DNA from: an uncultured Spirochaetales bacterium
GTDB taxonomy: Bacteria; Spirochaetota; Spirochaetia; JABEVK01
Assembly (NCBI GenBank): GCA_964475005.1
Contig: CAYYUZ010000003.1
Coordinates: 3,500-67,499 of the forward strand
DNA: 64,000 bases
Direction: 5' to 3'
The notes under the pieces were generated by a model, which ran no database searches, was not told where the DNA came from, and saw nothing but the letters and a program-made list of their open reading frames with translations. The translations under genes were made by a program, and so were the position numbers. How positions within the stretch are numbered: position 1 is the first letter of the stretch; each line of letters starts with the position of its first letter. Below, one piece after another: positions 1 to 9,705 of this stretch.

Positions 1-7
1 TCTAGAT

Positions 8-1213
8 GTGTTCGACCGGTGGGGTGCCGATGCGGTCGCCTGGCAGGTTTGGCCCGCGTTCGAACGGCTGGCACCGGAGATTGCGCTAGACTGGGGCCGC
101 CGGTTTCGCGATTGCTACCGCACCGCGCAGGGATCGCTTCTGACGCAGAGTCATTTCGGCAAACGCTTTTGGCACAACGCCGTCCGCAACAGCCTGGATT
201 GGCAGCATCCGGTTCAAAGGGTCCCCGGCAACCGCCCCCTCGTCATCGCGGCCTCGGGTCCCAGCCTCGACGACGGGCTGGCTCATCTGGCCCGCTCAAG
301 GAAGAAGTTTGAACTCTGGGCGCTGCCTTCAAGCTTTGAGACGCTCGTCCGCCGCGGCCTCATTCCCGACGCCGGTGTGGCCACCGACGGAGGGTTCTAC
401 GCCCGCGAGCACCTGCACCGGCTGGCCGGAACCGCGACTCCGGTACTGGCCGCTTTGGGGTCCGCTCCCGACCCCGTGCTGGCGCGGCGCCCCTGCCTTT
501 TCTTCAGCCAGGGCATGCCAGTAGAACAGGCCCTTCTCGGAGTGCTGACCGGGGAGTATATCGAAGTGCCTAGCCAGGGCACCGTCGCAGTGACGGCGAT
601 TCGGTTGGCTCTGGAAGCTACTACCGGTCCGGTCTTCATCGCCGGCCTCGATCTGGCGTTCCGCGACCTTCGAGGGCACACCTCGCCGCACACTGTCGAT
701 CGGCGCCTTGAAACGCTTCACCGGCGGTTGGCCCCGCTTGAGGGCCTCTGGGCCGACCGGCTGTTTGAACAGGCCACCATAGTGCAGGAGACGACCCGCA
801 CTTCCCCTGCGCTTGTGACCTACGCGGGTTGGTTCAGGTCTCGGGCGCGCTTTTCCAGGCCTGTGTTTCGGATCGCACCGTCGCCCATCCGCTGGGACAC
901 GATGACCGAGGTTGGGTGGGACGCCGCCGAGACCCTGTGGAACCAGCAAGAGCAAGAAGGCGGCCGGTGGGTTGCCAGCCAGGCCCTCGAACCAACGGCC
1001 CGTCGTCAAAAAGTGCATTCGGCCCTGGAGGCGTTCCTGGCCCGGGTCAACACAGTTTCGGCGACGGACCCCTGGCTCGTCGAAGCCGCAAAAACCGCGG
1101 TGCCGGAAGCCTTGAGAAACGATTTCCGTGCACGCCGTCAGGGACAGCCCGCCCATGACGCGAAAGCCGCGCTCAGGCAGTTTCTCGAAGAACTGCGGGA
1201 AGCCGTTCCTTGA
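8..1213 (+). CDS. DUF115 / MptE-like (motility-accessory-factor-like) protein, paralog 1; may extend upstream of the window
   Basis: 401-aa ORF. A Rossmann-like G-x-GPSL motif (VIAASGPSLDDG) and a later IAGLDLAF motif are reminiscent of PF01973. Frame is open to the window edge. Stop overlaps the next start (ATGA). Long antisense ORFs inside it are attributed to GC bias. Confidence 0.45.
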   Translation: MFDRWGADAVAWQVWPAFERLAPEIALDWGRRFRDCYRTAQGSLLTQSHFGKRFWHNAVRNSLDWQHPVQRVPGNRPLVIAASGPSLDDGLAHLARSRKKFELWALPSSFETLVRRGLIPDAGVATDGGFYAREHLHRLAGTATPVLAALGSAPDPVLARRPCLFFSQGMPVEQALLGVLTGEYIEVPSQGTVAVTAIRLALEATTGPVFIAGLDLAFRDLRGHTSPHTVDRRLETLHRRLAPLEGLWADRLFEQATIVQETTRTSPALVTYAGWFRSRARFSRPVFRIAPSPIRWDTMTEVGWDAAETLWNQQEQEGGRWVASQALEPTARRQKVHSALEAFLARVNTVSATDPWLVEAAKTAVPEALRNDFRARRQGQPAHDAKAALRQFLEELREAVP

Positions 1214-2790
1214 GCCGGTTCTGGCAGCCCAATCTGGAGGCACTCCGTGGGCGGGAAGACCGGGAGACGCGGGCGTTGTACGAACAGCTTGCCTCTAGGG
1301 GGCCAGGTGCCAACCTTGGCTTGAAAGACCGCGAGGACAACCCTCTTCCCGGATTCTTGTACCAAGGCAGAGCCCGCTCCCTGATTTCGACTTTCGATGC
1401 CGCCAAAGAGGCCCAGCGGTGGTCGCAAGGGTGGAGCGGCGGCACGGTTGCCGTCTTCGGCGGCGCGGGACGCCGGGCAGCCGACGCCTTGAACGGCCTG
1501 CAGCTCGCGTTCTGGGTGGAGCCGCGGGTCGAAGTCTGGCAGAGCCTGTTCACCTGGGAAGACTGGACGACCTGGATTGAGCGCAGCGAGTGGATTCCTA
1601 TTTTCCGTTCGCCTTCGGACTTTCAAGCCCTGGTTCTGGACCGCTACCACCCGCTGTGGGACGGAGCCTTCCGAACCCTTGACTGGAAGGCGGCGACCAA
1701 CGGCCAGGAAGCCCTCTGGGACCCATACCGCGGGGCGGTCTCGGCCGCGCTGGAGGCTTTGGCGTCGGACACCTCGACGCAGGCCAGGTTTGGCGAACGC
1801 TGGTATCGCAACGCGCTGAGGAACTTGAAGCACCTTGAGGAGGCTTCGGTGCCCGGTTGCCCGGGGGCCCTTGTTGTTGTCGCGGGGGCCGGGCCAACTT
1901 TGGGTGACGCTCTCGAGAATCCGAGAAACCTCAGGTGGCTTGAAGAGCGGCCAGAAACCGGTGACCGTCTTTTCAGCACCGACACGGCCCTTCCAGCGCT
2001 GACCGCCCGCGGCATCGCGCCGGATCTGGTGCTGTGCCTCGACGGCCAGCTCCCTACCTTGCACCATTTTGTTCCTGCCCGGCCTGCAGGCGTTCCTCTT
2101 GCCGCCGATCTTGCGTCGCTTCCTCTTCTCGGGCGAGTGGGTATGCCCGTGGTGCGCTACCTGTCGGGACACCCGTTCGGCACGGTCGTGAGGCGTGTCT
2201 TTCCCGAACTCCCGGTTCTGGATGGATCGCTTGGCAACGTTTCAGGTCTTGCGCTGAACGCGGCCTTGGCTCTGGGGGCCCGTCATGTGGAAACCTGGGG
2301 AGTCGATTTTGGCTACCGCAACGGTCAGGCTTACGCCCGCGGCACCTATGTGTACGACCTCGCCCAGAAACTGACAAGCCGGCTCACGCCGCTGGAGTCC
2401 CGCCTGACGGCGTCGTGCTACGGAGTCCGAGGACGTCAACGCTCGAGAATCAGCGGGGAGGCCTGGGACACGACCCCTCTCCTGCGGGACTATCGCGAAC
2501 GGTGGAATGGGTTTTCTGGAACTCCGGCCCCTATTCGGCTGGCCCACGGCGGTTCTGGCCCGCGGTGGGAGACCTTTTCACGGGACTGGCACGATCGCCT
2601 GGAGTCTCTCCCCTTCCCCTCGGACCCCTCGGTGTCGTTCCACTCGTTTGTCAGGCAACTCCCTACCGAACAGCGCCAGGACTGGTTGGCCCTCTGGCCC
2701 TTGGCTTTGGCACTCCACCGCCAGAGCGGGGCCTCTGGGCACGAGCTCCTGCAAACCGCTAAACGGCGCGCCCTTTCGCTCCTCGACTAG
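1210..2790 (+). CDS. DUF115 / MptE-like protein, paralog 2
   Basis: 526-aa ORF with the same motif pair (VVVAGAGPTLGDA ... WGVDFGY), translationally coupled to paralog 1. Family assignment is from motif recall, not a search. Confidence 0.45.
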   Translation: MSRFWQPNLEALRGREDRETRALYEQLASRGPGANLGLKDREDNPLPGFLYQGRARSLISTFDAAKEAQRWSQGWSGGTVAVFGGAGRRAADALNGLQLAFWVEPRVEVWQSLFTWEDWTTWIERSEWIPIFRSPSDFQALVLDRYHPLWDGAFRTLDWKAATNGQEALWDPYRGAVSAALEALASDTSTQARFGERWYRNALRNLKHLEEASVPGCPGALVVVAGAGPTLGDALENPRNLRWLEERPETGDRLFSTDTALPALTARGIAPDLVLCLDGQLPTLHHFVPARPAGVPLAADLASLPLLGRVGMPVVRYLSGHPFGTVVRRVFPELPVLDGSLGNVSGLALNAALALGARHVETWGVDFGYRNGQAYARGTYVYDLAQKLTSRLTPLESRLTASCYGVRGRQRSRISGEAWDTTPLLRDYRERWNGFSGTPAPIRLAHGGSGPRWETFSRDWHDRLESLPFPSDPSVSFHSFVRQLPTEQRQDWLALWPLALALHRQSGASGHELLQTAKRRALSLLD

Positions 2791-2832
2791 CCGTCCCTTG
2801 TCAGATCTTGAAATCGGCTCTAGAGTTAACCC

Positions 2833-3141
2833 ATGTACACAGCAACCATGGAGTATCAGTTCAAGCCCGAGCAAGTAGCCCTTGGCTGCCAAATCTGGCG
2901 GGAAACCGTCCTCGAAGCAGCACGCAACCGAAAGGGCTTTGTCCGAATGCAGCTCTTCTCACAAACCTCGGGGAATGTTTTGGCCATGGGCACCTGGGAA
3001 TCGAAGGGGAACGCCGAGGCTTTCATGCAGACAGGCGTCTTCGTCACTTTGAAGGAAAAACTCTCCCCCTTGATGCTCAAAGAGCCCCAACAACGGCTTT
3101 GGAATTTGGAAGGTTTTGCCGACACCTCGGGCGTCCACTGA
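2833..3141 (+). CDS. ABM (antibiotic biosynthesis monooxygenase)-like small protein
   Basis: 102 aa; ferredoxin-like ABM-type pattern (MQLFSQTSGNVLAMGTWESKGNAEAF). Confidence 0.45.
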   Translation: MYTATMEYQFKPEQVALGCQIWRETVLEAARNRKGFVRMQLFSQTSGNVLAMGTWESKGNAEAFMQTGVFVTLKEKLSPLMLKEPQQRLWNLEGFADTSGVH

Positions 3142-3322
3142 CCGCAAAGCGTCTTTGATTGTGATAACTCTTGACCATGCAAACACTTCCCCCCTAAACT
3201 TGTCAAACGGTTGAATTTTCCTTGACCGTAGCTGACAGTTCACTCAACGGGAAGAATTTACAAATGAATAATTCAAAACAGGATAACAACTTAGTTCAAA
3301 ACAACCCTAAGGGAACCAGGAA

Positions 3323-4582
3323 ATGAAACCGATCGTCACCCGCCTCTACGCCGTCTTGGTCGCCCTGACGCTGGTTGGTCTGGCCGCGTGGGCGGTGGCC
3401 GATTGGGTTCAACTTCAACAAAAGGCACAGGAGCTTGGGCGAACCGAACTTCGCCAAGCGGCTGGTCTGGTCTCAAACCTGACTCTCCACCCCGGAGTCC
3501 TGGAGGCGGCGGGTCTTGGCCGTGTTTTCTCGCAGGTTCCGGGGGCCGATCCGCATTGGAAGATGCTGCTTCTATCGTCGCCCGACCGGGGAACTGAGTA
3601 CTACCGGGGTCCCAGGACGCCGGTGCCTATTGATCGTGCAGTTCCTCGTTGGGAACCCCAGTCGATGACCGAGGTCAAGGTGGCTCTTCCCGTGTTTCGA
3701 GCCTCTGGCGAGCCGATGACCCTCGAGGGCATCTACCAATTCTACGGTCGGGGGGAGATTTTTCAGCTGTTGAAGGCCTGCGGCGCGACACTGCTGGTTC
3801 TGTTGGTGCTGACGACCATCGTGGTCTTTGTCTCGTCCCGCGTCGGAGAAGCTGAACCGGAAGAACCCAATGAAGAAGCCGAACCAAGCTCCTGGAGCCC
3901 TGAGGAGCCCGAACCGGCCGTTGAAAAGCTCGGTCCCTTGCCCCCGGAAAGAGACGAGGATTACTGGTTCGACGACACGCTGACGATGGAGGATCTGCCG
4001 CCTCTTGAGGAACCCCAGGGGCCTTTGCCCGAGGCCTACGATTCCGCGCCCGAGGACCACGCGCCGGCCACCTATGTGAGCGCACCGGCTGTGGCCTCCT
4101 CGTCCGCGCCGTCGCTGTTTGCGCCCGAATCCGGCTTAGGCTGGGAAGCGTTTTTGGCGACCCGGCTCGACTTTGAGCTCGACCGGGCCTCGGGTCAAAA
4201 CCAGGACTTAGCGCTCATCCTCTTTGAAATCAAATCCGGCTCCGTGATTCAGGCGACCTGGGGACGCCTCGTTCGCGATGCCTTCCCTTCCATTGACCTC
4301 GACTTTGAGTGCGAGGGCGGAGCCGCCGTAGTCTTACCTGGTCGCACCTTGGAACAGGCCCTCCAGGCCGCCAGGAGCTTCGTCGAAACTGCCGACCGCT
4401 CGCTGGGGGGTGCCCTAGTTCACGCCGGAGTCGCGGCGCGCGCGGGCCGCCTGCTGTCTTCGGACACGCTTTTGGGCGAAGCGGTTTCTGCCAAGCGAAG
4501 GTCTTTGGCAGGAACGGTTCGTGTCCTAGGGCTGAAGACCGACCCAGACCGCTACCGCGCGCACCTCAACGCCTCCGCCTAG
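3323..4582 (+). CDS. Membrane-anchored protein with Pro/Glu-rich disordered linker and degenerate GGDEF-like C-terminal domain
   Basis: N-terminal TM helix, a second TM around residue 150, an acidic low-complexity region, and a C-terminus (DLALILFEIKSG...GRLVRDAF...DLDFECEGGAAVVLPG...EQALQAA) that aligns to the GGDEF fold with the GG[DE]EF signature destroyed. RBS AGGAAATG upstream. Confidence 0.4.
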   Translation: MKPIVTRLYAVLVALTLVGLAAWAVADWVQLQQKAQELGRTELRQAAGLVSNLTLHPGVLEAAGLGRVFSQVPGADPHWKMLLLSSPDRGTEYYRGPRTPVPIDRAVPRWEPQSMTEVKVALPVFRASGEPMTLEGIYQFYGRGEIFQLLKACGATLLVLLVLTTIVVFVSSRVGEAEPEEPNEEAEPSSWSPEEPEPAVEKLGPLPPERDEDYWFDDTLTMEDLPPLEEPQGPLPEAYDSAPEDHAPATYVSAPAVASSSAPSLFAPESGLGWEAFLATRLDFELDRASGQNQDLALILFEIKSGSVIQATWGRLVRDAFPSIDLDFECEGGAAVVLPGRTLEQALQAARSFVETADRSLGGALVHAGVAARAGRLLSSDTLLGEAVSAKRRSLAGTVRVLGLKTDPDRYRAHLNASA

Positions 4583-4584
4583 AC

Positions 4585-5508
4585 CTATTTGTAGAGCAAT
4601 TGGCCGAGAGCCCAGTCGTTGACCCAGAAGTCTCGGGTGCCATCGTTGCAGCGGTAGCGCTTCTGCGAGTCGGCCGGGCCAATCTTGACCACGGTTTGTT
4701 TTCCGTCGGACCAGCTCAGCGTCAGGGTACCCAGGGTTGTGGCCACGGGCGCCGGATCGCCGGGCGACGCAAAGGCACCGAAACGGAACGACACAAGCTG
4801 TTGGGTCCAGGACGTCATGGCATCGTTGCCGGCCTTGGTGACGCTGTTTTCCCAGACGGCTTTGCTGGCCTTTGTGGACTTCACAAGATCGAATGACGGA
4901 TACACGGACTTGTCGGGGGCGGTGATTTTGCCGTCAAAGGCCACGCGGATTAGGGCCTCGGGTTTGCGGCCGGGCGACAGCGACAAGTCGGCCCAGGTGT
5001 TGAAATCCAGTTCGAGCGATCGGACAAAGTTCCGGTCGGTCTGCCAGACCTCTTTCTGACCGGCAAGCCGGACGAAAGCCTTGTCACCCAAGTCGTTGGT
5101 GCCGCCGATCTGAAGGTCGGCCAGGACTTTTCCGCCTCCTCCAAGCACTTTGAGGGTCTTGAAGCCTTGGTCGAGTCCCAAGGCCTTGACGTCGGCGTCT
5201 TGCGTCACAAGACGTTCGCGCAGAAGCGATTGCAGCGACTTGACGTACGAATCGATCCGCTCGCCTGCGGCGGGATACGACTTGCCCTGGTAGGTCAAAC
5301 TCCAACCTCCGGCCGCCTTGGCCAAAGTGACGCCGTTGCCCAGAACCAGGCTTGTCGCCTCCGAAGCTTGAAAACCGGTCAGAAGCGGTTGCTGAGCGGC
5401 GCGCTCGGCCACCGACTGCTGGCTGAAAACCCAGCCAAGGACAGCCGTGAGGCAGAGAACGCCGAGAAGAACGGATGTAACTGTGATTTTGGTTTTGTAG
5501 TCCATCAT
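4585..5508 (-). CDS. DUF4340-like periplasmic protein, last gene of the GldAFG-type ABC operon
   Basis: Signal/TM at the N-terminus (MMDYKTKITVTSVLLGVLCL). Start trimmed to the MM at 5508, which has an AGGGAG RBS. Position downstream of gldG is typical for DUF4340. Confidence 0.5.
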   Translation of the reverse strand: MMDYKTKITVTSVLLGVLCLTAVLGWVFSQQSVAERAAQQPLLTGFQASEATSLVLGNGVTLAKAAGGWSLTYQGKSYPAAGERIDSYVKSLQSLLRERLVTQDADVKALGLDQGFKTLKVLGGGGKVLADLQIGGTNDLGDKAFVRLAGQKEVWQTDRNFVRSLELDFNTWADLSLSPGRKPEALIRVAFDGKITAPDKSVYPSFDLVKSTKASKAVWENSVTKAGNDAMTSWTQQLVSFRFGAFASPGDPAPVATTLGTLTLSWSDGKQTVVKIGPADSQKRYRCNDGTRDFWVNDWALGQLLYK

Positions 5509-5519
5509 GAGGCTCCCTT

Positions 5520-7049
5520 TCAACTCTTCTGTTCTCGGGCTCGGCGGCGAAGGAACCGGACCACGGCCCACACAATGATCGCCATCGGCACGAGAAACAG
5601 GTTGACGAACGACAGCGAGAAGGCGACCGAGTCGCGGACCTGAGAATCCTGGAGCAGGGTCAGAGATTTCTCCCGGGCAGTACGAGTCTTGATCGACAGC
5701 AGGCCTTCGTCTTGGGCCAACCAGTCGACGGCGTTCTCGGCGAAGACGGCGTTGTCATCCCGGCCAGTGGCCTGCATCATGTTCGACAGGAAATTGGAGG
5801 AACCGACGACCACGAGCCTGGTGGAGGGCGAGACGCCTCCGTTGGGGAAAGCTGAAGGAAAGACTCCCGTCAAAGCAAGGACCTCGTTGTGCCTCTCCAT
5901 CTTCACGCCGGGCATCAGCGAACTGCGGGCCGCCATGTCAGGGTCGAGGGTCATGTTATCCTTGACGATCCAGGACTTGTCGCTAGTCCAGACCAGCGGC
6001 TCGGCTCGAATTCCGGCCTTTTTCAAATCGGCCAGAGCACTTGGCCACATCAGCGTCAACCCGCCAAACCGGCTCGTGATCGCGTTGGTCCTTGAGGTGT
6101 TGTTGGCCAGAATCTGCGGCCAAAGAGGATAGCGGCGCAGGGTCTGCCCCTGAGCGGAACTGAAAGGCACCACGGTGTTGTAGGCGTCGAGAACCAGGCT
6201 CTGGTCTACCTTCACTCCCCAGATTTCCAAGGCCTTGAGCAGCTCGTTGTCACCTGCGGGAGCGACAGCGCCTTGGGGCGAGTTCAGGTCGAAAGAGACC
6301 CCGTCGACGGCGAAAAGGACTTTTCCACCCTTCATCACATAGTCGTCGATGTTCTTGAGAACCGCGGGAGTGACTCCTTTTTCGCCGGCGACGATCAGCA
6401 CGGTGGCGTCGCCGATGGCCTCTCCCGGGTGTACCTCGCGGACTGTCGAATTCCTGGACAAGGTCTGGCTCAGCAGACCGTAAGTGTTGCTGAGATTTTT
6501 GGCGGGATCGGTCGAGAGGAAGGCCACGGTCTTCTGTTTCTGCGTGATGAGCTTGTTGATCTTGGTCGTCAGGTCGTATTCAAGCGTGTCGATCTGGCCA
6601 ACCAGCGGAAGAACTTCCTGCCGGTCGAGGTACTGCAGCACAATGCCCGAATAAACAACGGTCTGAGTCTGCTGGCTCTGTTCGACAATGTTCATCGAGT
6701 ACGGCTGCAATCCGAGCCTTTGCATGTCTCCCAGCTGTCCGGTTTCCTGGGGATCGATGACACGGACCTTGACCTTGCCGTTGGAGTTGTCGGCGTACTC
6801 CTGCAGGAAGTCGGCGATCTCCTGCGTCACCGGGGCAAAACCCGTGAGCTTCTTCGAAAGGAAGTAGACCACGTCGATGCCTTCTTTGGCTTGGCCGACG
6901 ACAGTTTTGGTAGCCTCCGAGATGGAATAGGCTCCCGAGCTTGTGATGTCAAGACGGAAGGAAAACAAGCTGAGGTTGATCACGGCCGCGGCGAAGACCG
7001 CGAGGACAAGGACAAGTAAGGTTCGTTCGCGCCTCTGTTGAAGACTCAT
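5520..7049 (-). CDS. gldG: GldG-like ABC transporter auxiliary component
   Basis: 509 aa with N- and C-terminal TM segments and a large periplasmic domain; operon context with ABC-2 permease and ATPase. Confidence 0.7.
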   Translation of the reverse strand: MSLQQRRERTLLVLVLAVFAAAVINLSLFSFRLDITSSGAYSISEATKTVVGQAKEGIDVVYFLSKKLTGFAPVTQEIADFLQEYADNSNGKVKVRVIDPQETGQLGDMQRLGLQPYSMNIVEQSQQTQTVVYSGIVLQYLDRQEVLPLVGQIDTLEYDLTTKINKLITQKQKTVAFLSTDPAKNLSNTYGLLSQTLSRNSTVREVHPGEAIGDATVLIVAGEKGVTPAVLKNIDDYVMKGGKVLFAVDGVSFDLNSPQGAVAPAGDNELLKALEIWGVKVDQSLVLDAYNTVVPFSSAQGQTLRRYPLWPQILANNTSRTNAITSRFGGLTLMWPSALADLKKAGIRAEPLVWTSDKSWIVKDNMTLDPDMAARSSLMPGVKMERHNEVLALTGVFPSAFPNGGVSPSTRLVVVGSSNFLSNMMQATGRDDNAVFAENAVDWLAQDEGLLSIKTRTAREKSLTLLQDSQVRDSVAFSLSFVNLFLVPMAIIVWAVVRFLRRRAREQKS

Positions 7050-7053
7050 CGGC

Positions 7054-7794
7054 TCACCTCCATTTCCGCAGGACGAGGATCTTGGTGTTCAGGTAGAGGA
7101 ACAGCGCCCCGAACCAGATAAAGTAGAGGGCGTCCTTGCTGTCGAGGACCCCCCGCTGAAAACTGGCGTAGCGCCCGTCGAGGCTGAAAAACCTGACTCC
7201 GTCCACGATCACTTGCGGCATTCCGAGCGAGGCCACGAGGCTTCCGCCGACGGCGACTACAAGCAGTCCGGCCACCGCAAGGAGAAAAGCGGAAATAGTG
7301 TTGGTCGTCAAGCTTGAAAGAAAGACGCCCAGCGCCACCGCGCTTCCCGACAAGAGAACAATGCCGATGTATTCACCGACGATTTCTCCTGTTTCAAAAT
7401 GACCGAGGCCAGACACCAGCCACGTCATGGGAAGCGTCAGGGCGATCATGGCCAGCACAATCGTGAAGGCGCCCAGGAACTTTCCGGCTACCAGAACGCC
7501 TATTCTCACGGGAAGCGTGAGAAGCAGTTCCTGGCTGCCGAGTTTCCGTTCCTCGGCCCAGGTACGCATGGTGATGGCGGGAATCAGAATGGTGAACGCC
7601 ACAGGAAACGTGGCAAAATAGCCGCGGAGCGAGGCCACCTGCTGCGCCAGAAACTGGTCGACCCAGAGGAACCAGACACCTGTGAACAAGAGAAAGAAGA
7701 GGATGGCACCCACGGCGACAGGACTGTGAAAGGCCGAGCGCGTCTCTTTGCGCCAAACGCTGACAAGCGGACTTTGCAGAAACGAGGTCTTCAT
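7054..7794 (-). CDS. gldF: ABC-2 type transporter permease (GldF-like)
   Basis: 246 aa, 6 predicted TM helices; overlaps gldA stop (ATGA). Confidence 0.7.
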   Translation of the reverse strand: MKTSFLQSPLVSVWRKETRSAFHSPVAVGAILFFLLFTGVWFLWVDQFLAQQVASLRGYFATFPVAFTILIPAITMRTWAEERKLGSQELLLTLPVRIGVLVAGKFLGAFTIVLAMIALTLPMTWLVSGLGHFETGEIVGEYIGIVLLSGSAVALGVFLSSLTTNTISAFLLAVAGLLVVAVGGSLVASLGMPQVIVDGVRFFSLDGRYASFQRGVLDSKDALYFIWFGALFLYLNTKILVLRKWR

Positions 7795-8744
7795 TCGGAA
7801 GTCTCCTTGGAGGGGGACGAAGTGAGCTGGACGAACAGGTCCTCAAGGCTGATGGTCTGCGGGATAAGCGACACAAGTTTGGCCTTTTGGGCGACGGCCC
7901 AATCGAAGAGCAGCTCGCCTCCAGGCACGTCAACCGGAAAGGCACACGACACAAGAGGTTCGGGCCCGTCTTCGAGCAAACGGGGTTCACCCTTCATTTT
8001 TGCGAGCCCTGAGAGCGACTTCAGGGCCGCGGCGCCACCCAGTCCTTTGATCCTCAGCTCGAACCGATTCTCGCCCTGAAGGTTTTTGGCGATCTCCTCG
8101 GCCTTGCCCTCGGCGACGATCTTGCCCTGGTTCATGATCAACACGCGCTCGCAGATGGCTTCGACTTCCTGCATGATGTGGGTCGACAGGATGACGGTCT
8201 TTTCGCGGCCGATGTTGTGGATAAGCTGACGGAATTCAAGGATCTGGTGAGGGTCGAGACCCGTGGTCGGCTCGTCCAGAATCAGAATGGCCGGATCGGC
8301 CAAAATGGCCTGGGCCAGACCGACCCGCTGCCGCTGTCCTTTGGACAGATGGCTTGTCACCTTGTGGTTGAAGGCGGACGCGTCGGTCCTCTCGAGAGCC
8401 TTGTCGATGGCCTCGGAGCGGGTCTCGGGATCAAGCCCTTTGGCGCCGGCCATGAACTCTAGGTACTCGCGGACGGTCAGGTCGGGGTAGACGGGCGAGC
8501 TTTCGGGCAGGTAGCCGATCAGTGCTTGCGCCTGACGTGTCTGTTCGAGCAGATCGATTCCGCCAATCGAGATCGACCCTTTTGCCGGGAAGTGAAAGCC
8601 TGTCAACATCTTCATCAGGGTCGTCTTGCCGGCGCCGTTGGGACCCAAGAGCCCCACGATCTGACCTTGACCCACTTCGAAGCTGACGTCGTCGACCGCT
8701 TTGAAGGTCCCGTAGGACCTGGTGAGGTTCGCTACTCTAATCAT
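7791..8744 (-). CDS. gldA: ABC transporter ATP-binding protein (GldA-like)
   Basis: Walker A (GPNGAGKTT), ABC signature (LSKGQRQR) and Walker B (ILILDEP). Start trimmed to MIRVANLTRSYG at 8744, preceded by GAGGAAGAAG RBS. The longer ORF to 8804 would overlap rnz. Confidence 0.8.
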   Translation of the reverse strand: MIRVANLTRSYGTFKAVDDVSFEVGQGQIVGLLGPNGAGKTTLMKMLTGFHFPAKGSISIGGIDLLEQTRQAQALIGYLPESSPVYPDLTVREYLEFMAGAKGLDPETRSEAIDKALERTDASAFNHKVTSHLSKGQRQRVGLAQAILADPAILILDEPTTGLDPHQILEFRQLIHNIGREKTVILSTHIMQEVEAICERVLIMNQGKIVAEGKAEEIAKNLQGENRFELRIKGLGGAAALKSLSGLAKMKGEPRLLEDGPEPLVSCAFPVDVPGGELLFDWAVAQKAKLVSLIPQTISLEDLFVQLTSSPSKETSE

Positions 8745-8763
8745 CTCTTCTTCCTCGTGGACG

Positions 8764-9705
8764 CTAAACTTCGTCCCGGTTGGGAATGTCAATGGTCTGG
8801 CCATCCCTGGAAAGGAAGGTGTCCGGAAAAACTTCCCGGGCCTCGGTCACCAGACGCTTTAGATCCTTCTCGTTGCACCGCGGAGAGTAGTGAACCAGTC
8901 CCATCTGCCTGACCTTGGCGGCCTTGGCGATCTGGGCCGCTTGGGTACTGGTGAGATGGCGCTTCTCCTTGGCACTGTCTTCAAGGTCCCGGGTGAACAT
9001 CCCTTCACACAGGAACAGATCCGACCCCGCCACCTCACGGGCGATTCCGGGAACCGGAGCCGTGTCGGTGACGTAGCTGAATTTGCACCCTGGGCGAGGA
9101 GGCCCTACCACCTGAGAGCTTTCCACGATGGTCCCGTCGCTCAGGGCCACCGGCTCTCCAGCCTGGAGCTTCGACCACAGGGGTCCCATAGGCACCCTGA
9201 ACTCCCTCGCTTTTTCCGGATGGAAGATCCCCGGACGCTCGGTTTCCTCGAGGGTGTAGCCTACACAGACGCGACTGTGACTTAGCGGAAAGGACCTCAC
9301 CCGGTACCCTTCGGCCTCGTAAACAACCTGAGGTTCCGACGGGTTACTGATTTCTTGCACAATGATTTCGTAGTTGAGATACATCTCAAGGGTTCGTCGT
9401 GACGCTTCGAAAAACTCCTTCACCTTGGCTGGGCCGATGAGGTAGAGAGGCTCGGTGCGGTCGACCTGGCTCGAAAGCATCAGCATGCCAGGCAGCCCGG
9501 TGATGTGGTCGGCGTGGGTGTGGCTGATGAAGATGGCGTTGATCTTTTTCCAACGCAAATTCATCTTTTTCAGGGACACTTGGGTCCCCTCGCCGCAATC
9601 GAACAGGAACAGATCGCCTTCCCGGCGGACAAGCGCCGAGGTCAGATGGCGGTGAGGCAGCGGCATGGTACCGCCAGTCCCCAAGACAAACACTTCCAAA
9701 CTCAT
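8764..9705 (-). CDS. rnz: Ribonuclease Z (tRNA 3-prime processing, MBL fold)
   Basis: MSLEVFVLGTGG start, HTHADH zinc motif, about 313 aa. Start trimmed from 9774 to the internal Met that begins the conserved beta-lactamase fold. Confidence 0.7.
   Translation of the reverse strand: MSLEVFVLGTGGTMPLPHRHLTSALVRREGDLFLFDCGEGTQVSLKKMNLRWKKINAIFISHTHADHITGLPGMLMLSSQVDRTEPLYLIGPAKVKEFFEASRRTLEMYLNYEIIVQEISNPSEPQVVYEAEGYRVRSFPLSHSRVCVGYTLEETERPGIFHPEKAREFRVPMGPLWSKLQAGEPVALSDGTIVESSQVVGPPRPGCKFSYVTDTAPVPGIAREVAGSDLFLCEGMFTRDLEDSAKEKRHLTSTQAAQIAKAAKVRQMGLVHYSPRCNEKDLKRLVTEAREVFPDTFLSRDGQTIDIPNRDEV

Noticed and set aside
8745-8804. Longer gldA start at 8804 (MARPLTFPTGTKFSVHEEEEM...)
   Set aside because: It would overlap the rnz 3-prime end by 41 nt. 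The downstream Met at 8744 has a strong GAGGAAGAAG RBS and starts exactly at the conserved ABC N-terminus.
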